Shown here one piece after another: positions 52,766 through 64,000 of a stretch of DNA of 64,000 nucleotides; position 1 is the first letter of the stretch; the number at the start of each line of letters is the position of its first letter. The notes beneath the pieces are model-generated. The model was given only the letters and a program-made list of their open reading frames with translations. It ran no database searches and had not been told where the DNA came from. The stretch lies in assembly GCA_951406725.2 (NCBI GenBank), contig OX597817.1, forward strand, positions 76,136,001 to 76,200,000. The letters run 5' to 3'. The position numbers were made by a program, and so were the translations under genes. The DNA comes from Octopus vulgaris (lineage: Eukaryota).

Positions 52766-53877
52766 CGAAGCAAGTTAAAAATTATCCGCACTTTCACCAT
52801 AACATCTTCATTATTGTCACACTGCCTTCTGCGCATGACTGATTATATTTGGCACTACTGTGGTCACGCGACCGAAGTTTGAGCCTGATCACGCCATTTT
52901 TTTTTCTGACTTTGCAATTTAAACACGGCCGCTTCGTTAGCAATGTACACCAAAGAAGAACAAAGAGCAGAGATCCTATTCGTCTGGTCAGGTGTGTTTG
53001 GTGCTGATATTCATTGGGGACAGTGCACTACCACGTAGAAGTGTGTATGAGAGGATTGAGAAGTTTAAAAGTGGCTGGACAAGCGTGACGCACGAAGAAA
53101 GAGCAGGACGCCCGTCAACCTCTACCACTGACGAGAAGATTCAGCAAGTTCGGGAGATGATAACGATGAACCAGCGTTTTATCATAGATGAGGTAGCTCG
53201 TTATTCGCAGATTAGTCATGGTTCAGCAAATCAAATCATCCACGATGAGCTCGGCTTCCATAAAGTCTGTGTAACATGAGTGCCAAAAGAGCTTACTGCG
53301 GAGCACAAGCGCAAACGTCTTGAAGTCTACCAACGTTTATTCGATTGCTACAACAATGAGGGCGAATAGTCACAGGAGATGAAACGTAGGTCCATCATTA
53401 TGAGACAGAATCCAAAAGACAGTATGGAATGGAAACATCCTGGTTCGCCAGCAATTCGCACCCAACGCCGAAGTCTATTGTCAAATAAAGTTTTGTTGTT
53501 GCATGACAATGCGCGCCCACACACGGTCGCCCAGACCGTTGAAACCATTAACCGTTTGGGTTTTGAAATGCTGAAACACCCTGCCAACAGCCCAGATCTC
53601 GCCCCTTTCGACTATCATATCTTTGGACCGCTCAAAGATGGTGTAGGATGTGGTCAATTTCCTACGGATGACGATATGAAGGAAGCGGTGCATAAATGGT
53701 TGCCGACCAACCGAAAACCTTCTTCCTGGAGGAAATACGCAAGCTTATGGTCCGTTGGACCAAGTGCACCGAAAAGGAAGGAGACTATAAAGAAAAATGA
53801 CGTATTTGTTTATCCACCTGCTTTTGTGTAAATACACTTAAAAAACAAGAGTACGTATGATTTTTTACTCACCCTCG
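52766..53877 (+). mobile_element. Mariner (DD34D-type) transposon, decayed, with internal deletion
   Basis: SVYERIEKFKSG...ERAGRPSTS, IVTGDET, LLLHDNARPH and HPANSPDLAPFDYHIFGPLK; imperfect TIRs. Confidence 0.92.
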
Positions 53878-54703
53878 TGTATATGTGTGTGTATGTAAGT
53901 TGTTAGTAATCACTTTGTAAATGTTCCTTGTTGATGTAGTATAGAGCAATTTAGTTACATAACTATGATACAGAATAAATTTAGTAACATAACTATGATA
54001 CAGAATAAACGTTCAAGTTTTGAAAACACATAAAGATAATGTTTAATTCACTTAATTAGATCCATAATTCCCGATCAAGTTCTATAAAAACCGGCTATCA
54101 TTTGTTTCGTCTTGATGATAAATAAAAAGTTTGATCTATATAACTAGGAAATTATATCATAGTCAGGATTTACAACCATACTGCTTTAGAAGTATTTCGC
54201 CAAGAGTCCCTTTATCTATAATGCCAAAGAAATTTTTAAAAATATAGTTTCAGTTATTGAACTCACTTTCATTTTCGCAAATAGCGTTATTATCATAATC
54301 TATATAATAAAAATAGTTATATTATCGTAATCCATATAATAACAACTAAACATATTCTATAATCTATAATGAATATTCTCCTCTTATGATACTTTCCTCT
54401 ACCATTCATTCATAATACTATTAGTTAACAGTATTAGATTATAGTTTATTAGATTATAGTTTATTAAATTATATTCATTTTCTTTTTGACAACGATAATG
54501 TTTAGTATGAGATAATTGTTAATTTAGTAAGCTAATGTATAATATTCAAGTTGTTTGTTTTCTTAAATAATGCTTTCTTCGATATTTTGATTGGTTGCGC
54601 TTAAATATAATCTAAAAGATATATTCAATTTAGCTATCACTTCCTTCTGCGCTTAATTCTAAATACGACTAGCTAGCAACACGCTAATATTAAAGAAAAT
54701 GAA

Positions 54704-54739
<36 letters not shown>

Positions 54740-55167
54740 CAATCTTTGCAAAATTGCAGACATGATAACTTGCATTGTCTCAGATAATCGTTTATTTATA
54801 AACAAGTGTTTATTTTTCTAATAGAATATTCTCTTTTTAATAAAATTAGGATATGGTATATAATTTCTTTTGCAAACCTTGGCCGTCTCAAAATATCTTG
54901 ATGTAACGAAATATAATTAATCTTCTATAGATTATAACTCAATTTTGCCACTTATATTGACATCGAAGTCTTCTTTATTCTCTGTATCTGTCAATCAAAT
55001 TAGATTCTGAGTCGATACAAATAGTTTTGAAAATATGTAGCTCTACTGTTTCTCTTTAATTGTTTGATATAAACTTTCGATCATATTGTACTTTTATGTA
55101 TAAACCTGAATATCTCTTGTCTTTTCGTTAATTAGGCCTGTAAAAAATACGTTGTCAATCGTCTGTC

Positions 55168-55206
<39 letters not shown>

Positions 55207-55995
55207 TATGTATGCATATATGCATATATTTATATATTATTTATATTATTTTATGATCGAACGGCACGCATCCTTTTCCAAGTAAGTTTTATCTTAATAA
55301 TTACGATGCGCATTCTTCTATCGCTACTATTTCTTCTCTGTCTATCTCTCTCCCTCACTTGTTCTTCATCCTTTCTGGTTTTCTCTCTCTCCCTTCCCAA
55401 TTCTTCTCCACTCCTCTTCACCATTCCCGCTCCCTCACTCTTCCTTCCTGACTCTCTCATCGCTGACACGTGACGAAAGGGAATCTATCTTTCTGCCCAT
55501 TTCTTTCCTAAAGACAACACGTGCTTATACCTGTCTCCTCTCATAAGCTCATCTTCCTGGCGTTCATAATAATTTTTCTATCGTGTTGGCTTAACAGCCT
55601 TCACCGTTTGTTTTTACTGTCTTGTTCTCACTGTCCTGTTCTTGTTACCACTTTCACCCCCGCAAAAATTGCTTTGCGGGAAGGACTGTTTCAACGAAGT
55701 CGCTATGTGTCCTTGCCTTCGGGAAGCGGAGTAGATAAAACAGGGCCAACTGATGAAGGCGAATATTGTTTACGTTGCATGTCTCGTTTCTGTGTTTGCT
55801 TTTTGTTGTTCGAAAAAAAGTTCGTTTCCTATGTTTTTGTTTTTGTGTTTTCGTTTCTCAATGTGTTCAACGTTTTTTTTATGTCCTGTACCCATATATG
55901 CATGTATATATAGATATATATGTAGGTATGTATATATATATGTATGTATATATGCATATATTTATATATTATATTATATTATGTTATATTATAAT

Positions 55996-56166
55996 AGGCG
56001 CAGGATGGCTGTGTGGTAAGTAGCTTGCTAACCAACCACATGGTTCCGGGTTCAGTCCCACTGCGTGGCATCTTGGGCAAGTGTCTTCTGCTATAGCCTC
56101 GGGCCGACCAATGCCTTGTGAGTGGATATGGTAGACGGAAACTGAAAGAAGCCTGTCGTATATATG

Positions 56167-56198
<32 letters not shown>

Positions 56199-56372
56199 CT
56201 GGTGTGTTTACATCCCCGTCACTTAGCGGTTCGGCAAAAAGAAACCGATAGAATAAGTACTGGGTTTACAAAGAATAAGTCCCGGGGTTGATTTGCTCGA
56301 CTAAAAAAAAGGCGGTGCTCCAACATGGCCGCAGTCAAATGACTGAAATAAGTAAAAGAAAAGAAAGAAGAA
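55996..56372 (+). mobile_element. SINE family A, young copy
   Basis: High similarity to 26514-26955. Confidence 0.92.
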
Positions 56373-56555
56373 TATATATGTTAGTATGTATAAAATTCAG
56401 AATGCGTGTCTGCTTGTCTGCCTGTATGTGTGCATCACTAAAACTCGAGAAATACCCAAACGATTTCATTCATATTTTACACATGCTTTACTTAGGGTCT
56501 ATGCTGTGTCATTGGCCAAAAAGACTTTCAACTTCTTGCGTAGAGCGAGCCCGAG

Positions 56556-56808
56556 CATTATATCATGGCACGTAGGATATATGTTTCGTGAGTGGGGGGA
56601 TCCGTTCTGCTCTAAGACCTGTATGCCTAAGGCACAGATGTTGTTGATCCATCACTTGCGGGTGGGGGGGGTTAGAGATACACCCCCCACACACACACCC
56701 GTCTGAGTGGAACAGGAAATAGTGATGGCTATGGAGTAACTCCTTACTTCTCCAAACGTTCTATACTCTTGAGTTAGATCTTCATAAAGACACGCATTTA
56801 AATGCCTT

Positions 56809-56847
<39 letters not shown>

Positions 56848-56911
56848 AAGGAAAAGAAATTCAAACGATGAAGTAATATATATGTATATATATAGATAGA
56901 TATATGTATGC

Positions 56912-56957
<46 letters not shown>

Positions 56958-57431
56958 GCATACATATATATGTATGTATAAATATGTATGTGTGTATATA
57001 TATATTGAGCGAAAAGTGGAGCAATCTCTTTATTGCTGTGATTGATGAAAAGGAAACATCATAGGACTAGAAAAGGAAAACGGATGGAATACAAAGGATG
57101 AGGAAACAGAAAGAATAGAACTGATCGGAGTGTTAGCGGTTGATTATGAGTAATGTTTTTCGATAAATCAGTGAGCTGTTTTCTCAGATTACAGGTCTCA
57201 ATTATTTATGTCCAGTAACTGTTTAAGGTAAATGTAGTGTAGCGTGGGGTGTAGTTATAGCAGCAAATGTTCAGCACTGAAATAATGTGTGGGAAGTGTT
57301 ATTACTGTAGTTAATATTAGGTCCCTAGTCAGATCTATGTCAACAACCGAGCCCTGACAAACCTGTCTTTTTGTGTATCTAGGATTACTTCATCGTTTGA
57401 ACTTCTTTTCCTTGTTGAGAGAGAGAGAGAA

Positions 57432-57471
<40 letters not shown>

Positions 57472-57724
57472 GATCAAGGCATTTAAATGCGTCTCTTTAT
57501 GAAGATCTAACTCAAGAGTATAGAACGTTTGGAGAAGTAAGGAGTTACTCCATAGCCATCACTATTTCCTGTTCCACTCAGACGGGTGTGTGTGGGGGGT
57601 GTATCTCTAACCCCCCCACCCCAAGTGATGGATCAACAACATCTGTGCCTTAGGCATACAGGTCTTAGAGCAGAACCGATCCCCCCACTCACGAAACATG
57701 TATCCTACGTGCCATGATATAATG
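56556..57724. repeat. Long inverted repeat: arms of about 320-340 bp (56556-56877 and 57384-57724) with a spacer of about 500 bp
   Basis: Arms are near-identical reverse complements, including the (CT)n/(AG)n tract. Confidence 0.93.
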
Positions 57725-58254
57725 TGAACCAGTATAATTCGGGATATGATTTAGCGGAATGTTTGGCAATTAATTCTAACAAGTCAGACGACCATGTAGA
57801 ATATTACATGGCAGGTCGGGCGCACTCATGTTAGAAATTCTAGTTCAAAGCTAAATTAGTATCTGAGAAGAGCTAGATGTATCGCTCGAAGGTAAACTGC
57901 CTGTGTCAAACCACGCTCACACATAATAAAAACAATAACTTTTATACAACCATTATGATGTTTACATTATTGAGACCCTACACATTTAATTTGATTATTT
58001 ACGGAAAATTCTCACTGTACAAGTGCTTTATCAGTAGTTTGATAAACCTAAAACGTGTCAATAAATTTCTATAGCACTATCTTTCGTGTTATATCGATAA
58101 CGTCGAAAACGTATCTATTCTGTATTCTGTAATTGTTATCGATACATACTTTATACACTAAATTGAATTTTTGTTCTTTCCTTGCAACATTATTGCATTT
58201 TTCTCGAAAACATACGCGGAAAAATACTGACTCTCGAATACTAATATATATGTA

Positions 58255-59516
58255 CATAGTGGGTGCGTAAAATATTTGAGGACATATTTATGTTTACAAA
58301 AAAAAAACAGCTATACAATAGTAGATAATAACTATATTTAACAAATAATGCTATGAGGATAAAAACAAACCTCCTTTTCTATAATGTTATTCAATAAAGT
58401 CACCTTCAGCTTCCCGTCAACTGAGTTCTAAATCATCTACATGCTTGAATCAAGTGGTCTTGGTTCATTTTGGACATTATTCTGACTATGGCAACTTTCA
58501 AAGATTCTTTGGTGTTACGGGTGTGTTCATTGACTTCTCTCTCAACAACGATCCACATGTAATAGTCCATTGGAAAGAGATCTGGAGGATTAGGAGGTCA
58601 AATGTTGCGGGTTATATGATCATGAACATTTTCAGCCATCCATTCCTGTGTTACTAGAGTCATATGTGATAGTGCAGAGTCTTACTGAAATACATGTGGC
58701 CTTCCATTGCATACACTGACTATCCAGGGCTTAACAATTATTTTCAGGACCTCAATGTAGGCGGCAGAGTTAACTCTAAAGCCTTGTGGAAAGACGTAAG
58801 GAGGCATCACGTGTCCTTCATTGCTGACAGCCCCTAAAACCATGACAGTTGCAGGAAACTTTGTATGCATAAAACTTGGATCTTCAGAAGTGTCTGCACA
58901 TAAACACATGTAATTTTTTCTGTTAACTTTTTGATCTTGGTCGAAGTTTTTCTCGTTTGACTAAAACCAAATCAAACCTTCTGTTGTATTTTTTAGTTTT
59001 TTTAAGAGCCTTTTAGATCTAATGTAGTGATTTTCTTTTGCTTTTTCTAACAAACTGATATTTCTTCATCAAATAAGATTTACATGTGATGTCTTCGTGA
59101 ACAACATTTCTGACAGTTCTTTTTGACACATAGAGATCTTTTGAAGTTGACCTTATTAACTTTCTGGGATTGTAATCAATGGTCCGTTGAACTTGCTGGA
59201 TAAATTCAGGTGTTCGGAGGATTTCAGAGCGTCTAGAATGATTTTTATACTTTGATACTTGTGATACGTTTCTACCTTCAGTCTCTAACTCTTTACAAAC
59301 TTTGTAGACGAAAGATCTGGCAATTTTTAAATATTGAGATATTTCTAAATCTCTACGCTAAGCCTTTATAACTGCGATAACAGCAAGCCTCTTCATTTCT
59401 TGAGTAAGCTGAGGGTCTGCCATTATTACTTTTTGAAACAAGGATTATATAGAGTTAGCAAAAAATGTAGCACTGACCCAAAAAGGTATGTCCTCAAATA
59501 CCTTGCACACCGTTTA
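58255..59516 (-). mobile_element. maT/DD37D-like Tc1-mariner transposon, decayed
   Basis: TIR core TATTTGAGGACATA / TATGTCCTCAAATA; EKNFDQDQKVNRKN, HTKFPATVMVLGAVSNEG, HVFQ*DSALSH and PPNPPDLFPMDYYMW. Confidence 0.88.
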
Positions 59517-60689
59517 TATACATGCATACATAAATACATACATACATACGCACACACACACGCACACACACACACACACATACACACACACACACACACA
59601 CTCACACACTCGCACGCATGCACACACACACATACACACACACATATATATATATAGTTGAAACATTTCTTTATAAGTATAAATATACCATAAACAAGTA
59701 ATGAAGAAAAAGATGTTGAATCAAAATTAGATTTAATACAAAATTGGATTCAATACATAGACACGTTTAGAAATATGTAAGTAAAAATTATAATCATAGT
59801 AATTCTAATTAAATTTATGCATTGTCATTCTAATCAGTGTGAGGAATTTTTGGAAGAACATCAAAAAGTTTCATAAAATAAAATAAAATAAAATAAAATA
59901 AGATACAATAAGGGAGAATACAGATGGGGTAATGAGGAAAAATCGGATATTTACAAACAAGTTGTAAAAGGGTAATAATCATAATAATAATCATAACAAT
60001 AATAATAATAGTAAGAGAGACGAATAAGAAAAAATGTATATATTATATTTATTTATAATCTAATGCCCTTCAGACTTGTCCACAGTAATTTTTTACATTT
60101 ACATATATATGCGTGTGTTTGAACATACATACACACACACGTGTATACATGCACTCGAACACACACACACACACACATACCTAACACATTTACATACACA
60201 GCCAGACACTCCGAAACGTCACAGGTAAAAATTAAATGATAGACTTGAGGATTTATGAGGATTCTCTAAAATACAATTTTGAAACTTGGAGCTTGAAGCT
60301 TATCAGTTATAAAGTTCTACACAAGATTGTATACGACTTATTGAAGAATCCGAAGACATGCCATTGCAACACTGAAAACCTCGAAACATCAAATTAATTC
60401 ACCAGTCAAATTTATGCAATCGACTTGCTCTTGCACTAATAATTGCTAGGTTTGTACCAAAATTAGAAAGAATATTATTTTCGGTGTAGAATATTGTAAA
60501 AGTAGGGCTATATACGACTTAATGCTATGAAAATCTGCGATAACAAAATCTCCGACATATCACGTCTACGAATGACGCACCTACTTCATATAAACAGATG
60601 TAAAGAAAGAATTACGGATAATATTTTACCTGTTTATAAGGCAACATCCAGCTTAAATGCTTCATGGCATTTTGTTTGTCTTTATGTAC

Positions 60690-60835
60690 TGATTTCAAAT
60701 TCCGCCGAAGTCGATTTTCCGTTTCATGGTTTCGGAGTTGATAAAATAAGTAACACTCGAGTACTGGGGCCAATGTAAAGGACTTACCCATTCCCACCCC
60801 ATGTAATTGCTGGCCTTGTGCCACAATTTGAAGGC
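60690..60835 (+). mobile_element. SINE family B, old copy
   Basis: TTCAAATTCCGCCGAAGTCGATTTT...GATAAAATAAGTA match. Confidence 0.7.
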
Positions 60836-61142
60836 AACTTTACCTCATGGAATATTTATCTTATCTTTCCTCATTATTACGTCGTCCATATTATTTTTCA
60901 AGTTCTTTTATGTCATATCGTTCGCCTTTATTAAATTTCTGTCTACTGCGACATAACATATCATTAAATAATAGTTAAATATATTATATTGTATTTTGTT
61001 GTTTGAGGTAGTGCTGAACTTCTATGCACTGATTTACGTCAATTTCATTTATTCTAAAAGCATTTTTTCGGTCACAGACAAAAGCAGCAGTTGCAGTAAA
61101 TTCTCTCTTCTAATAACAAATAACTGTTTTTTTTATTAATTC

Positions 61143-61179
<37 letters not shown>

Positions 61180-61323
61180 ACTCACACACACACACATAAA
61201 CACAGACGCCCATGTATATGTATGCATATATATGTATGCGTATGTGCATATATGCATATATTTATACACAAAACATACATACATGTGTATATATATGTAT
61301 GTATTTCTCTCTCTCTCACTTTA

Positions 61324-61367
<44 letters not shown>

Positions 61368-61481
61368 CATACATATTTATGTATATATATACACATACAT
61401 ATATATATATATACATACATATTTATATGTATATAAATATGTACGTATATATATTGATATAATATTAATACATATATGTAT

Positions 61482-61539
<58 letters not shown>

Positions 61540-61664
61540 ACACATACATACATACTTATTTATATATATACACATACATATATGTATACATATATATATA
61601 TACATAAATATTCATGTACATTTTTATACATATTTATATGTATGTGTGTAGAGTAAGCTTATTC

Positions 61665-61727
<63 letters not shown>

Positions 61728-62357
61728 GTGTGCATGTTTGTGTGTAGAAAGTATCAATTTTGTTAGCTTGCTATAAATTGAATAGCTATAAAGATTTTAA
61801 TATGATCCAAAAGTAAATATGTATTTAGTTCAATATAAGGCCATGCCAGTGCTTTACTCACATTGCCAAGCAGATTCTAAAAGCAAGGGCTCTAGTTCAT
61901 TCAAGACCCGCGTTATTGTCGTTATGAGTATTGGAATTACGGTTTTAAGATTTTGGTTTCGATCCCAGGACAGAGAACACTTTGTTTTGGTGTGTAAGGC
62001 ATCTAACATTACACCAGTCTATTCAGGGAAAAATGGACACCAACTCAGAAATAGTCCAGCTCTCTATGCTCCATATTTCGCTGTCTGAAAGATCGGAGAA
62101 AAAGAAAGCGCCCTAGTTAGTTCGCGCAATTAGTGAAAGCTTGATAAATGTTGACAAGTCATATTTCTTCATGAATGACTACCGTGGTTCAGAGATCTAA
62201 TTCAGACTGCTTCAGTACCATCACATATAAAATGCAATTTAATCCGCAACTTTAATTCATTCAAACCATGAAAATACCAGCTTACTAATTTCTTATTTCT
62301 TAACTGTTTTATTTATTTATTATTTTTTTGTTTGCATTTCAATATCTTCTTTCATTA

Positions 62358-62990
62358 GGGCGGCGAGCTGGCAGTAACGTTAGCACTACGGGCGAAATGC
62401 TTAGCTGTATTTCGTCTGCCGCTACGGTTTGAGTACAAATTCCGCTGAGGTCGACTTTGCCTTTCATCCTTTCGGGTCGATTACATAAGAATAAGTACCA
62501 GTTACGCACTGGGGTCGATATAATCGACTTAATCCGTTTGTCTGTCCTTGTTTGTCCTCTCTGTGTGTAGCCCCTTGTGGGTAGTAAAGAAATAGGTATG
62601 TCGTCTGCCGTTACATTCTGAGTTCAAATTCCGCTGAGGTCGACTTTGCCTTTCATCCTTTCTGGGTCGATAAATTAAGTACCAGTTACGCATTGGGGTC
62701 GATGTAATCGACTTAATCTCTTTGTCTGTCCTTGTCTGTCCCCTCTATGTTTAGCCCCTTGTGGGCGATAAAAAAAGTAAGAATCGTTTCTGTGCCGGGA
62801 AACATGCTTAACGTCATTTCTTCTGAATTTACATTTTGAGTTCAAATACCGTCGGCGCTGATTTTGTCTCTCATCCCTTTGGGGTGGGTGTGTCAATAAA
62901 ATAAGTGCCACTTCAACAGTAAGGTCTAACTGATTGACTTATCTCTCCCTCAAAACTGCTAACCTTGTGCCAAAATTTGAAACCAATATT
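62358..62990 (+). mobile_element. SINE family B head-to-tail trimer
   Basis: Units at about 62358, 62598 and 62782; the second and third lack the 5' tip. Confidence 0.88.
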
Positions 62991-63021
62991 ATTTATCATT
63001 TTTCCCTAATATTTAAACATA

Positions 63022-63060
63022 TAGGCGCAGGAGTGGCTGTGTGGTAAGTAGCTTGCTAAC
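63022..63060 (+). mobile_element. SINE family A head, cut off by a larger insertion
   Basis: AGGCGCAGGAGTGGCTGTGTGGTAAGTAGCTTGCTAAC, then an abrupt switch to unrelated sequence. Confidence 0.85.
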
Positions 63061-64000
63061 TGCGCATGTGCGAGTCAGTGTTGTGTTTGCTACTGAAGCA
63101 GTGAAGATGTGCTTTTGAAGCCGTCTTGAATTGAAACTTTGGAAGCCCCATGTAAGGTGAGATTCTGTTTTCTGGGTCCAGTGGGAGTTTTTGTTGAGAA
63201 TTATTTTTTACATGCAGGAAGTCCTACTGGATTCAGAAATCTGATTCTGCCGACATGTGGCAGATATATTTTCTCGCTGAGAAAATTTTGGGGGGCGTAT
63301 CCGTCTCCGAATTGTGAAAATTGTATGGTGCTGTGAAGAACTACCAATTTTACACCAATTTTTGTGGAAGTTGTGCGATCCTGGTTCGATTTAGGCCGGG
63401 AGTACCAAATGGCCAAAAGGATTTTGCTGTGTTTTTGACTTTCTTTTTAACTTTATTTGACTTTCTTTTCAACTTTATTTGACTCTCTCCGTTTTTCATT
63501 GTGACATTCTTCGGATTTCCTTTTCTTCTCGTTTTTTAGTTTTATTCTAAATACATTTATTTAAAAAAAAAACAAAAAAAAAACATGGCAACAAAAGAAA
63601 CCACCGCTTTGGAATGGGAGGTCGTCCCACCAAAGCAGTGGATTGAAAGTCTTGAGAAGAGGACGGTGGTCCTACGAACCTATTCTAGGTCGCGTGGAGC
63701 CATTGCCCTCTTCGACAAGAATACTATAGAGAAAGAGTTGGGGGACTACCTGCCAACTATAAAATTTATTTCTCGGGGGAGCAAATTTGCAACGGTCTGG
63801 TTGCTGTTTGGTACCCCCGAGGAAGCTAGCAGATTTGCTAGCGAGCCACTGGAGGGAGAGGAAATTTTGTTCCTCCCCTCGTATTGTGGCAGAAAAGTGA
63901 AAAGAGCCTGGGTGTGTGGGCTGCCCCCGGGCACGGAGGCGGAATGGATCGAAAAGACCATCCGGCGAGGCCTGGGGGATAGCGGACCCAGACTGCTAAG
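63061..64000 (+). mobile_element. 5' end of a young non-LTR retrotransposon (possibly L1/Tx1 group); continues beyond the window
   Basis: Microsatellite-free leader of about 520 bp with a short 23-bp tandem repeat and an A-rich pre-ATG tract, then an uninterrupted GC-richer ORF. Confidence 0.65.
63585..64000 (+). CDS. Putative LINE ORF1 protein, N-terminal 138 aa, open at the window edge (absent from the ORF track)
   Basis: Manual translation MATKETTALEWEVVPPKQWIESLEKRTVVLRTY...ATVWLLFGTPEEASRFASEPL...RAWVCGLPPGTEAEWIEKTI with no stop; RRM-like pattern as in L1/Tx1 ORF1 (inference). Confidence 0.65.
   Translation, partial: MATKETTALEWEVVPPKQWIESLEKRTVVLRTYSRSRGAIALFDKNTIEKELGDYLPTIKFISRGSKFATVWLLFGTPEEASRFASEPLEGEEILFLPSYCGRKVKRAWVCGLPPGTEAEWIEKTIRRGLGDSGPRLL

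Noticed and set aside
55745-55790. CTGATGAAGG motif and the 130-aa ORF at 55521-55913
   Set aside because: There is no GAAA or stem III, and the ORF is low-complexity and runs into a microsatellite.

Overview
AT-rich, microsatellite-dense eukaryotic intergenic or intronic DNA with no recognisable host gene. The repeat content suggests a coleoid cephalopod, probably Octopus (inference). Almost every ORF in the supplied track is a microsatellite or transposon artefact. The window is a mosaic of: three SINE families (two clearly tRNA-derived, one with a Nin/Deu-like core); decayed DNA transposons (mariner, maT, hAT, and two copies of a poorly classified DDE family); non-autonomous Helitrons; LINE fragments; a Penelope-like element (PLE) fragment; and a young LINE-like element with an open ORF1 running off the right edge. 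The most striking hidden signal is about a dozen minimal type I hammerhead-ribozyme (HHR) motifs, some canonical and some with core variants. They sit in short non-coding elements inserted at (TA)n tracts, with over-unit-length direct repeats, fold-back inversions and a shared 3' motif. This looks like a diverse PLE-mobilised, retrozyme-like system. All alignments and folds were done by eye, and boundaries of decayed elements are approximate.
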